NCBI RefSeq assembly: GCF_001194135.2
Contig: NC_068981.1
Span: 9,689,020-9,753,019 of the forward strand
DNA from: Octopus bimaculoides
Lineage: Eukaryota
Direction of reading: 5' to 3'
DNA: 64,000 bases
Shown: positions 53,195 through 64,000 of the stretch, in pieces
How the letters are laid out: each line of letters opens with the position of its first letter
Numbering within the stretch: position 1 is the first letter of the stretch
Notes under the pieces: generated by a model
The model's database searches: none
The model's input: only the letters and a program-made list of their open reading frames with translations
Told to the model about the DNA's origin: nothing
Position numbers and translations under genes: made by a program

Positions 53195-53490
53195 CAATTT
53201 AAATTTCTCAAACCTGGTTGTTAGTACTCCGAGTTCTCCTACATCTACTAGGATAACAATTACTCTCCTCATTGCTTACATTCTTGCAATTTCGACTTTC
53301 AGTAGTCTGTATTTCTCCACCTATTCGAGCTCTTTGTCATTTACACGCGCATCCCCATCTCTGGCAATATCTATGGTCTTGTTTTCCTTTTATCCACCGC
53401 AACAATGTCTGGTCTCCGGGCATCGATTAGGAAGTCGCTTTGGATTGTAAAATACCACAGGATCTTATATTCATTGTTCTCAGTAACGCC
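53195..53490 (-). mobile_element. R4/Dong-clade non-LTR retrotransposon remnant, restriction-like endonuclease domain
   Basis: ENNEYKILWYFTIQSDFLIDARRPDIVAVDK...IDIARDGDARVNDKELE*VEKYRLLKVEIARM*...VIVILVDVGELG. Confidence 0.88.
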
Positions 53491-53880
53491 TTATTATTAT
53501 TTTCAGATTGATATTCATTTTATTTCATCTTCCGACCGGATTTCAACCAGAGACCTAAAATACGCATATATTAAATGGGTAGAAACTTCCTGAGAGTGTG
53601 GGTGGTTGATATCAACACAATGTTTTGAGCCTCATAGATTCTTGGTTTCTTAGGGTTCTGGTCAAAAATGTGTCACCTTTCCCAAGGACACCTACAGCAA
53701 CAGGGATGATTTTGGCTTTCAGTTGTCACGTCCTAGATATCTCTATCTCAAGATTATCATATTTCAACAGATTTTAAAATTCTTTTGCTGAGATGTTTCT
53801 ATCAGTAGGCATTGTCATATCAATTAACATGCATTTTTTTTTTGTCTAACAGGCATGTTTTTGATGACAATGTCTAGTCT
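53491..53880 (-). mobile_element. second R4/Dong-clade 3' fragment with 3' UTR and (TAA)n tail
   Basis: RLDIVIKN..CMLIDMTMPTDRNISAKEF*NLLKYDNLEIEISRT*QLKAKIIPVAVGVLG...EAQNIVLISTTHTLRKFLPI*; tail ataataataa. Confidence 0.85.
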
Positions 53881-53958
53881 AGTTCTATATTTAAGAGGCG
53901 AGGAATTATGTACATAATTTATATTTGACGGATATTTGTCCTCATCTTGTTTGTTGTT

Positions 53959-53997
53959 AACACAACGTTTCGGCAGAAATACCCTTCATCAGGTGTC
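53959..53997 (-). ncRNA. minimal type I hammerhead motif (stem II shortened)
   Basis: GACAC CTGATGA a GG gtatttctg CC GAAA CGTT GTGTT. Confidence 0.7.
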
Positions 53998-54132
53998 TTT
54001 GGAAAATTTCTAGCCTGGTTCTCATTCCTAAGGTATATTTCGATGTTGTTATTATTCAGGTAATTGCCTAGAATCGAACTGAGAATCTTGGGGTTAGTGG
54101 CTCGCGCTCTTAACCATTACGCCCACGGACAT

Positions 54133-54195
54133 GGCGTAGTGGTTGAGAGCGCGGGCTACTAACCCCCAGATTTTGAGTCCTATTCAAGGCAGTGA
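54133..54195 (+). pseudogene. tRNA(Ser)-like head with Pol III A/B boxes; mirror copy at 54060-54123 (-)
   Basis: ggcgtagtggttgagagcgcgggCTACTAAcccc resembles tRNA-Ser(GCT) gg.CTGCTAAtcc; B-box gagtcctattc, with a better cagttcgattct on the mirror copy; no acceptor stem or long variable arm, so not a functional tRNA. Confidence 0.7.
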
Positions 54196-54260
54196 CCTGA
54201 ATAATAATAACATCGAAAAATACCTTAGGAATGAGAACCCAGGTTCGAAATTTCCCCCAA

Positions 54261-54306
54261 GACACCTGATGAAGGCTGGAGAGTATATCAACCGAAACAT
54301 TGTGTT
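54261..54306 (+). ncRNA. minimal type I hammerhead motif (stem III G>A)
   Basis: GACAC CTGATGA a GGCTG gagagtatat CAACC GAAA CATT GTGTT. Confidence 0.7.
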
Positions 54307-54571
54307 AACAACAAACAAGATGAGGACAAATATCGTTCAAATGTAAATAATGTAATTTCTAGTGTGTTAGCATTTATTTGCCTACCTGTTTGTATCCCAT
54401 AGGATGGTAACACTCTTTCCCTTAGTAACTTTCTCTGGATGGTGTTCATGCCAGCTCTTGAGGTGCAGGATATCTTAATGACGGCATATGCTCTACTGCA
54501 GGTATTGGCCAACTCGATCATGCCTGGCTTTATAGGGGCAAACACTGAGAAGCTGGCAACGATGTGGTCAA

Positions 54572-54868
54572 TAGGCACAAGGTCTGAAATTTGGAGGAGG
54601 GGGATAGTCGATTACATCAACCCCAGAGTTTCATTGGAACTTAATTTATCGACCCCGAAAGGATCAAAGGCAAAGTCGACCTCGGCGGAATTTGAACTCA
54701 GAACGTAAAGACAGACGAAATACCGCTTAGCATTTCGCCAGGCGTGCTAACGAGCTCGCCGCCTTAATAATAACGACAACAATAATAATAGTAATTTTTA
54801 ATTTGGGCACAAAGCCAGCAATTTCAGGAGAGGGGCAAGTCTGTTACATCGCCTTCGGTGCTCAACTA
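54572..54868 (-). mobile_element. SINE family A (full, 54572-54765) plus a partial copy
   Basis: reverse-complement matches. Confidence 0.82.
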
Positions 54869-55369
54869 AGTCTACACTTGTCTGCTCAACAAAGTCTACA
54901 TTTTGTGTCTACCTCATTGTATGTGACATTCGCTTGACAGTTCCGAATGAGGAAACTGGGGCCGATGTAATAGCAATTCTGAGAGAGGAGAAAGTCTAGG
55001 TGACGAAAGACCTTTGACAACTCTAACTGACTGAATGATATATCAAACAAGCGAGTAGCTAATTGATTAAATGTTCAGAGTTTACTACTACTAATAAAAG
55101 TGAAACTGGCCCAGTTCCTGTGTTTATTATTGGCATAAGAACCCTCCCGATGCTCAAGATCCTATGATTGTCAGTTAAAATTAATTTCTTTATTTTTCTC
55201 TCTTAAATAATTGTTTACGAATCTAGAATGGTCAAATACTTAGCGGCTAACTTATGATTTATTCGTACTCTAGATATTAACTTTCAATGATGCACAGAAT
55301 GAAGGTAAAGTATTCTATGAAAAAACAGGTAAAATACTATTGAACCTGCTCCATGGGAAACTTCTAGGT

Positions 55370-55612
55370 TGAAAGAGGGGGGGGGGTTATATCATATAAT
55401 TTTCCTTCTCCTAATCCTTTTCGGGTGAGGAGTAGGTGTTTGGGTATTGTTCACATACGTGAGCTTCTCAGTAAACCTGCTCCTAGCCAAAGCGTCGTTG
55501 TAGTGGGGCCCTATTAAAGATCCCTCTATTGGCCGAGAGATTAGACAGTCGTTTACTAATGCCTGGAAACAGGTTTCTAAATACAACGGTGGGATGGTGC
55601 TCCAGATTGTCT
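55370..55612 (-). mobile_element. Penelope-like element, RT thumb/linker fragment, inverted
   Basis: HHPTVVFRNLFPGISKRLSNLSANRGIFNRAP / HYNDALARSRFTEKLTY...KRIRRRKII*YNPP (cf. SNHPP..., YNEAL..SGY, KRKRNIIWFNPP). Confidence 0.85.
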
Positions 55613-55615
55613 GCA

Positions 55616-56058
55616 ATGGAGAAACAATCACTACCGTACACGCTGAGGAATATACAAATACGTCCAACGAAAATCAACTTGATGTGACTTGAGAAGGCGG
55701 AAAGTATCATGAAACGGATGCGCTGGAACGCTTTCCCCTCCGAGAATCAATCCACTACTACATCTACAGTTAAATTCGGCTTCAAATCTTGAAAGTGTCC
55801 CCCACCCATGTATGAAAGTTCTTGAGAGACTGACCTATCCAACATTGTAAAGAAGGTAAGGTTTCGGCACTATTCTAACCCCTTCCGTAAACCCCTAAAT
55901 GACTATGTGACCTGAACTAAACAATCACCCAACATACACACCCTCGCAGACAAAACAAAGAGCATTGACGAAATAAACACTTCTGCACACTCAAGACTTC
56001 TTTCAACTTCCATCACCAAACCATACAAGAAAACCCGTAATTCCATATACAATGACAC
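55616..56058 (+). mobile_element. Penelope-like element ORF N-terminus (single frame, 4 stops)
   Basis: MEKQSLPYTLRNIQI...LEKAESIMKRMRWNAF...KFGFKS*KCPP...ETDLSNIVKKVRFR...LADKTKSI...ITKPYKK. Confidence 0.88.
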
Positions 56059-56299
56059 AGTCTTCAAAATCATTTGGACGGGAAAAATATGAATTCTGTA
56101 GACGATGTTAGAACAGTACTGGAGGAGTATTCTTTGTTATGGACAAGTAAATTCTGGCAGAGCGTCTTTGAAAATCTACCAGATAGACGGAAAATAATTG
56201 TAGAAAATGAAGGGGTATAGTTTAGATTAAAAAAAGATGTTTATCTTAATTTTGAAAAATAAAAGTATAAAAAAACGCATTATTTATGAGATGACCCAA
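56059..56299 (+). mobile_element. mariner 3' fragment with right TIR
   Basis: SLQNHLDGKNMNSVDDVRTVLEEY..KFWQSVFENLPDRRKIIVENEGV*; then aaaaaacgcattatttatgagatgacccaa TIR-like end. Confidence 0.85.
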
Positions 56300-57424
56300 C
56301 GTGTGTGTGTGTTTGTGTACGTGTGTGTTTGTGTACGTGCGTGTGTGTGTGTGAGAGAGAGAGAGAAGGGGAAATTCATACCAAAGTCTATGATTAACAG
56401 TATGTATTTAATAGTTTGTTTTTTTTACAAAAATTATTTTAAATGCTTAAATACAAAACAATATCGAAAACAAAACTAAACATGTTATTTTTTCGGTCTG
56501 CTTTTGGCGACATCGTATATTTTTGGAACAACTTTTGAAAAATGTAATATCAGGAAAAGATTAATGGTTAGCTATGCAAATGTAACATCTGTTGGTGTGG
56601 TAAAAGTAGGTTAAGGAGAAGAATGCCTGACTGATGACAGTACCGGAAGAAAGAAATACAATGGATAATGAAAATGTGAAATAAACGTTTTTAGATAAGA
56701 TAGGAAATCACAAGAGAATATGACATGCAATATTCAGTGGAGTTCAGCTTGTTAAGTTGTCAATAGCAACTACCTTTGCAAATATTTGATGCCTAAATGT
56801 TAGCATTAAAATAGACTCACGGGAAATTGTAAAATGAACCCGATCTAGTGGTTAATTCAAAATATAAATGATTCACCAATGAAAATACAGTTTTATTGTC
56901 ATTGTAACCAGAAAATAGAAAGATAGTTGAATACATTAAAAGTCTTTGATAAATGGCAACATGGTTAGTTAGCGAAATACTCATGGAAAAGGTTTAGTTT
57001 GGTAGAGAAGTGAAGCACCTGGGTGATTCATCGAGAAATTACAGATTGTTTATTATAATCTGTACAATAGTTTCTTAAATACGCATGGAACATCTGCTGA
57101 ATTGTGAGAAATGACCGCAAAAATCGATAAACATAAAATTGCTGTGAAATTATAGTCTTCGCATAAATATATCAACTCACAGAGAAATTTATTAGTCAAA
57201 AGAAAAGCACACCTCATAAACGTGAGAACGTTAGTCGTGTGAGCTCTCTGTCAACACTTTTCTGTTGTATTTAATTATCTTTTGTTACATATAATGGTTA
57301 GAAGTTAATTAGTCGAGTTAAACTATACTTTCATATATGATGTTAAATGTGTTAAAGCCACATGTTCGTGATAGTCAGGAGCAGAACTTGGTAAAGTTTT
57401 TCTTTTAATATGAATACTGTCCAA

Positions 57425-57600
57425 ATGGTAAGAAGTGTGCTTTGCAATCTTGGGTTTCTGGGTTCGATCTAATTGCATAGCATTTTTGCCTGATATTATT
57501 TTCTGTAGGCTAGGTTTTCTCAGTGCCTTGTGAGTGAATTTTACTTGACGGAATCTGTATACAAGACAACTGAGTGGATTGTAACTGTAGACTGAATGAC
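57425..57600 (+). mobile_element. SINE family B, 5' half, diverged
   Basis: atggtaagaagtgtgctttgcaatc..gggttcgatct..gccttgtgagtgaattt. Confidence 0.6.
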
Positions 57601-59402
57601 ACAGACTGTGTCACGCTTGAGAATTCTGTTAAGGGCCCACATATCCGAGGAATACTCTGTCTCTTCCATATAAGTCTTGTCAGCTGGTAGTTCAGCAGAA
57701 CGAACAACTGAGTCCACATCGTCAAAAAACGACGAAGGACCATTCGTCCATTCAACCAACCAACCAACCAACCACCCACCGGAAAAAATTAACTAAAACT
57801 CTGAATTCAATATAGACTGTAATTATACCATCTCAGTAATCAATATATCTATTTCGTTTATACATATTATACCAACGGTACAATTACCTGTAGAGGGTGT
57901 TATATAGATATATATCACGAATCTTTTTTCTCTTTCTTAATTGGTCAAATTAGTTAGCAATAAGTCTTGACACAAGAGAAGTGGAAAGAGTGAATAAGTG
58001 TTATCAGCCACTATCTATATAACAGATAATATATGCTGTCAAACTTGATATAAACTTACATTGGGTTGCAAGTCTACTTTGAACGTCATCCGCCAATTCA
58101 AAAGTATTTTCTTCAATCTGATATCACGCAAACACTGAATACTCTGAGACAAAATGTATATAGGCGATATATGTCTTGGTTTGGCTGATTGGTTCCCAGA
58201 ACATCACTATGAAACACCCTAACAACACTTATGGCGTGCTCAGAAGAATAGACTGTTACTTTCAAATCTATGGCCCGTCCGCTCTCTTCTCCCAGTCTGT
58301 ACCTATGCTTCAGCGCTAAGGCTCAACTGATAACACAAGGAAAAACGTTTTCTCTTTAACCTGAGATCCTCAAATTTCTTTCTCACACTCACTTTTAAGA
58401 TGCTGCTCGCCCCTGTTGATGCTATGAAGATTGTTCTAGATCTAATTTTGTACGCTTGTGGTGGTGTGAGTACATTATAACAGGCTTGTTAGTGTGAGTA
58501 CATTATATACGCCTTTGTGCTGTGTCCCCACATTTTCTCAGACTAACATGTATATATAGTAATCTAGGTCCTGGTGCGTTAGAAAATCGGCGTATTCCTA
58601 ATGCAGTACTCCCCACAACTATCTGGTTATCTACATCCTCATATTGGAGCTCAACCAAAGGTTTTCGTAAACCTGAGGTTACGGAAGAAGACATTTGAAC
58701 AGGGTAATCGAACAACAAATCCACCCATTTAGTAACCAACAAGCTCCTTAGTTATATACATCCATGCTTACGCTCACTATTAATGCCTTTTCAGGTTTTA
58801 ACGTTACACAGTCACTTTTTATTTTATCCAATATATATAGAAACATTGTACCTAGAAAAAAAAAAAGCAATAACGTATTCTGAATATATTTACCAATAAT
58901 CTAATCTATAGTAGATAGTAATTAATTACATCACTTATGCCTTTCAGTGTAAGCTAATGAACTCATAACAATGAGGCATTTGTTAAGGATTGGTAATATC
59001 ATATTTCAGTTTATACATGAATAAATATGACATTAAATGTGGTTATGGGAATATGTGTTTTGAAAGCACTCCTTCTTTTACGCTTAATATAATTGAACTT
59101 AAAATATAAATTAGCCTCTAATAGAAATGTCTGAGGAAATTAATTTACTGTTATGTGGCTGCATTGGTTGGGCAGAAAAGGTTTTGACATTATTTTATAC
59201 ATTATTGTTTAAATCATTTCCGAAACCATAACTGCCTTTCAGAAACTCCTAGATCGATAGAATTTTCATTAGATTGTTTTCATCGACCTCTTAAGTGCTA
59301 AAGACAGAATCAAATCTCGAGATGACCAGTGTGGTTGGTGTAATAAACAGCTCATTAACATGTCACATATCTCTTTAACATATTAATATTTATCTACAGA
59401 AA

Positions 59403-59846
59403 ACGGCGGCAAGCTAGCAGAATCGTCTGCACGCCGCTCAAATTGCTTAGTGGTATTTCGCCCGTTTTCACATTCTGAGATCAAATTCCGCCAAGGTCGA
59501 CTCTGCTTTTCATTTTTTCGGAGTCGATAAAATAAGAATCAGTTGATCACTGGGGTCGATGTCATTGACTTACCCCATCCATTGAAATTACTGGAATTGA
59601 GCAAACATTGAATTCAATATTTATCTACAAAAGGTGGTGAGCTGGCAGAATCGTTATCACGCCGGGCGAAATGCTTAGTGGCGTTTCGCCCGATCTTACG
59701 GACTGAGTTCAAATTCCGCTGAGGTCGACTTTACCTTTCGCCCTTTCGGGGTCGATATAATAAGTACCAGGTGAGCATTGAGACCGATGTAATCGACTTA
59801 ACCCCTCTCTCAAAATTGCTAGCCTTGTGCCAAAATTTGAAACCAT
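59403..59846 (+). mobile_element. tandem pair of SINE family A
   Basis: 59403-59617 and 59631-59846; tatttatctaca present before, between and after. Confidence 0.9.
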
Positions 59847-61559
59847 TATTTATCTACAGAGGTGTTGCTCACTGGCTCTTGTTCTCTACAAGATTGTGTT
59901 TGATTTTTTGTTTTTCAGTTTCATTCGCTGTAGACATCTCTCGGCTGTAACCCAGACTTTAAAAACCACATAAAAAATAAGATTTTACGAGAGTGTAATT
60001 ATAATTGCTGCAGTTGGTACATTTAACATTTTTCAGTTGTCAATTAAAATATCTACATCATGAAATGGCATCTAGAAATAAAATTTTAAAGACTTTTTAT
60101 GTCCGTTAAAATGTTGGCGAATATTTTCTTTCAAACAGTTTAAGTTACAGGTGTATAGGTTGTTAAAGTGTTTGCGAATGAACTGGAAAATAGAACGTGC
60201 GTCTGTGAACAGGTATTGCATGTAAGAGATTGAATAACATAAGTGACTTAGATTTTTATCGACAAAATTCACTTGGAGAAGCAAGACAAATGCAGAATAG
60301 GTTTATTACTCCAGTCACACTTGTAAATACCTCTAGTTGAGACAATTCCCTCTTGTACCTGAAAATGATCATGGGAGCTGCTTTCGCTTAGAATTAAGGG
60401 ACAAAAGATACATGTTATAACAAAATATTCGGTCACGAAACTTTGAATCTCTCTTGGATTTATAACCTTTATAACTATACCTGAAACAGGATTTAGTTGA
60501 CCTAAGTTATTGAAATATAATATTGGCAACCTCAAGCGAATAATAATTGCCTAACTATCGGGGCAACAAAATTAATTATGGTATTCAAAATATTATACTT
60601 GAGAATAGAGAACTATTTATTGAAAATAATTATTAAGAGAAAAGTTGGCTAGAAGGTAAATAAAAAAACTAGATTGAATTCAAAATATTGTGAATAGTAG
60701 CTTGAAAGCTGATGTCTTTCCGGAGATAATAAACAGAAAACAAGATATTTATGAAGCTATGACGTGAAAATAAAAAGATAAACTTCTGTAAATGAAACAT
60801 TAATTATTATCTTGATTGTTATATTAAATGCAACAAAATACAAACCAAGCTATTTTTTAGCAAAGCAGTTCGTAGTTGATTATTTAGATAAGAGTATGAA
60901 CACTTCAAGCATTGCAAACATTCATAAATAAAGGATGATTAATTTCCAACACAATACCCTTGTAGTTATTGAAAAGAAACATGATGGAGTGTTTGATGAA
61001 TTTGTGCACTACCAGAAATAGATAATTCACACAATAGTTTATTACTCAGAATGAGATATTTTGTGTTTTGTAGAGTGTGATTATAATGATCTTTATTGTC
61101 TATGGTTTGAGAAATACTTCAGGAGTTTCTTTTCTTGAAAAATTACGAATACCTTGGAAGACAAACAAAAGTTTTCGTAGGTAATCAAAACTTTCATTAG
61201 TAAAAATGTTGAAAGTTCGCCAAAATATCCATGATTAACAAATGTTCAGTAAAAAAAAGTCGTAACAATATTTTCAGACTGTGGTATTGGTATCTTCTGA
61301 GGCATACTTATGTCTATACTGAGAGGCAATCTGTCAATATCTCTAAGGACATGGTTGTATAACATTTTCAAATTATTATTTCAAGCTGACGAGAGGGAGG
61401 CGAGAGTAGGGAAGAATGTGCTACCTTCTAGTAAGTTTTATGAAAGAATGGTGAGTTGGCGAAATTGATGTGGCTAAATGGATCTAGTCTAACTTTACGG
61501 CAGTGTTTTGTCTATAAGATCTCAGAAGACTTTTGCTTATCTTTGTATCAATTCTTTGT

Positions 61560-62700
61560 ATCAAATCTAAGGATTCTTATATTCGGTGTATCCTAATAAA
61601 ATCAGTGTGTCTTAAATTGCCGATGTGGTGCCCCCACCATCACTTTATAGGTACATTCTAGCTAATTTTTGCTTTCTGCCTATCTTTTGCACTGCGTGTA
61701 ACGTTGCGAACCTTGGAATGGCTCATATAACTTTGCTCATATAGTTTGTATCATACCTAGTCTTCTAGTTTTTCTTACTGTTTAAGCTTCATGTCTTACG
61801 TTCAGTTTATTTTAATTTCAATTCCCTTGTAGCTTGACGGTTTCTTCACTTTAGGGCAGTGTTTTGGTCTCAAGGGATAGTGATGTATGTCTGTAGGCAG
61901 ACATTTTTGCGTCTATCCCTGATTATTTGAGAGATTTAACTTGATTTTCTTGTCAGTGTGGAAAGTGTGTCCCAGATAATTGTAGTTAGAATGTTTTCAA
62001 GTACCATGTTGCATATATTTTACATCATTCCTTTCTGTTTCTACTTCAAAGAATTAGCACATTGTCCAGTTATAGCGACGTACTCAATCGTACATTATTA
62101 TTGTGACTCATCTGAAGGAAATTATAATTTTGCATGGGATCGGAGTTCTACTTTCTTTCTATTTTCAACCCAAAACTGTTGAGCTGGCTTTTATTCTGGA
62201 ACGTCTTTTAGAATACCAGCAATGAAGAGATTTTTCGCTCGTTTCTTTAATATATTAATATATTCGTTAATATATTTTGGCATGAAATTTTGAATCTATC
62301 TTTTGTTTCTTTTTGCAGGTGTTTTGTCTACATCTAAATCTTATCTTTTCAGTTTAGTTGGTTTCCTCTTCGTATTTTATCGTTTCCTTATTCACAATGA
62401 AAAGTTGATGCATGGTTTTTGTTTTACATATTTCTTTGTTATACTTATCAGTTTCCATTTTAAACCTAATTATTTTTTTCTCAGTGTTGTTTGTAGTAGT
62501 TTTCTATTTGTAACAGACCCCAGATTCTTTGTGCGTGGTGGCATTGGAAATCTATCAGTAGTTTCCTGATTTTTCTGTCTACTGTTCAGTTCTCTTAATT
62601 TCCGGTTTATTATTTTATTATGCTGTAGTTGTATTTTATAACTGAGATTGACAGCATATTCTCCCTGACAGATTGCTAACCACTGCACACATTTTTCTCT
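61560..62700 (-). mobile_element. highly decayed Penelope/Poseidon-type PLE ORF, N-terminal half
   Basis: fragments VKSLK.NQ, IPRFATLHAVQKIGRK, NVP and MVGAP resemble IKSLRNN..I...PRxxxLYxLPKIHK.NVPLRPILSMVGSP. Confidence 0.45.
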
Positions 62701-62707
62701 CCTTGTT

Positions 62708-62745
62708 TCTTTCTGTGGAAGAGCGTAGGCTCGAAACGTTAAAGA
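62708..62745 (+). ncRNA. minimal type I hammerhead motif with non-canonical core (CUGUGGA)
   Basis: TCTTT CTGTGGA a GAGC gtag GCTC GAAA CGTT AAAGA; perfect stems I and II, palindromic AACGTT. Confidence 0.6.
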
Positions 62746-62833
62746 CTTTTCAATTTCCGAGCGTTATACTAATACATCTATTTGTTTTCTACACCATCTG
62801 TCTTTGTCTGTTGTTTTTTTTATGAATTCTCCC

Positions 62834-62864
<31 letters not shown>

Positions 62865-62929
62865 GAATAACAGATATCCCCGTAGTTGCTCGGGGTTAAA
62901 ACGGCATGGTTTTTCTATTGCTCTACCTA

Positions 62930-63027
62930 TTTTTGTCATGTGACTGCGGCCATGCTAGAAAACCGTCTATAGTCGGAGAAATTGACTCCAGAATTTAGTC
63001 TTTGTAAGCCTAGTACTTACTCTATCG

Positions 63028-63030
<3 letters not shown>
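62930..63030 (-). mobile_element. SINE family B, 3' fragment
   Basis: tgactgcggccatgctag...tttgtaagcctagtacttac. Confidence 0.75.
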
Positions 63031-63089
<59 letters not shown>

Positions 63090-63466
63090 GTCCTGTTTCT
63101 GTTACCAGCTTTGAACTCCCCGCAAAATTCCAAATTTATTTAATTTGCTCTGCGGGAGCAACTGTTTTTTTCGAAAAGGTATCTTGTCATGAATTGCTCG
63201 AAATACGAAGTAGAAAAACATCCGACAACTGATGAAGGGTCGTTTTTTTATGTTGCTTGTCTTGTTTTACATTTGTTTCTTTCGTTCTTCGCCTAAGAAA
63301 GTTCGTATTCCATGTTATAGTATTTTATGTTTTCGTATTTCATGTTTACGTTCTGTGTAATCCTGTGGCCATATATGTGTATATACATATATATATATAT
63401 ATATGTATGTACATATATGTATGTACATATATGTATGTACATATATGTATGCATTATATTTATATA

Positions 63467-63501
<35 letters not shown>

Positions 63502-63534
63502 NNNNNNNNNNNNNNNNNNNNNNNNNNNNNNNNN

Positions 63535-63578
<44 letters not shown>

Positions 63579-63599
63579 TAGAGGAATTAGTCATATTTA

Positions 63600-63860
63600 A
63601 TTGTAGTTCAGAACCATTTACGGCTGTTTCTGTTTATCAAATCGTGGTAAATTTGCATTTATCTCGTTCAAATTAACAAAGTCTTTGCTGTTGTTGTGGT
63701 AGGTAGTCGCTGATTGGTTGTTTTTATCGTAGGTTTTCCATTCTAAAGGTTTTCCATTCTAAACGGTGGGTGAAGTCTGATAATTTTGCTGTCACTTCTT
63801 TTAGATATATATCTTTACAATGAATCGGTATATTCTTTAATGATGCTTCTATAACATCTA
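63600..63860 (-). mobile_element. Penelope-like element ORF N-terminal fragment
   Basis: ASLKNIPIHCKDIYLKEVTAKLSDFTHRLEWKTF (63745-63846) matches YSLKNIPIPS..Y...LI.K...FI.RMRWKAF. Confidence 0.8.
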
Positions 63861-64000
63861 ATAGTAAAACGGAGCAAATAACAATAGAAAACATGGTGCC
63901 TAGGTAATCGTTTTCTAATTCGTTTATTTTCATTTGTCTTGCTCATTTTTACATTCTGGCGTTTGCTGAAATTTTCTTGAGAAGACACTCTTCGTGGTAA

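Larger units (their letters stand above)
53911..54354. repeat. head-to-head palindrome of two tRNA-head plus hammerhead units
   Basis: 53911-54123 is the reverse complement of 54133-54354; 9-nt spacer. Confidence 0.95.

Noticed and set aside
54133-54195. Functional tRNA-Ser gene
   Set aside because: No acceptor stem or long variable arm, ACT anticodon, damaged B box; embedded in a repeat.
55616-56058. In-frame TGA codons in the PLE ORF as possible selenocysteine (reported for some PLEs)
   Set aside because: They are not at conserved Cys positions or in the endonuclease; several fit CGA>TGA or TGG>TGA decay; no SECIS seen.
60412-60480. GIVIKVINPREIQSFVTEYFVIT as a discoidin (F5/8C) exon
   Set aside because: Only a loose resemblance; no neighbouring exon continues the domain.
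63222-63310. CTGATGA at 63229 as another hammerhead
   Set aside because: No stem II closed by GAAA and no stem I partner downstream.

Overview
AT-rich, repeat-dense animal genomic DNA with six N-gaps. The SINE repertoire suggests an octopus genome (inference). I could not recognise any host protein-coding gene; only weak exon candidates exist, and most ORFs in the supplied track are microsatellite, antisense-to-repeat or chance frames. The window holds about 30 copies of two tRNA-derived SINE families and decayed transposon fragments: an RTE LINE, a CR1-group LINE, two R4/Dong-clade REL-endonuclease fragments, three mariner fragments plus a mariner-derived MITE, and six Penelope-like element (PLE) coding fragments. 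It also holds several long inverted repeats. The main observation is that three unrelated long palindromes (15.9, 17.3 and 53.9 kb) and the end of a PLE relic (62.7 kb) each carry minimal type I hammerhead ribozyme motifs. These have self-complementary stem III sequences (AGTACT, ACCGGT, AACGTT) and always point outward. One palindrome is a head-to-head dimer of a tRNA(Ser)-like Pol III head joined to a hammerhead, i.e. a candidate PLE-mobilised SINE-ribozyme element. All protein similarities are from my own translation and recalled family consensus motifs, not database searches. Repeat boundaries are approximate (about +/-20 bp) unless a TSD or TIR is quoted.
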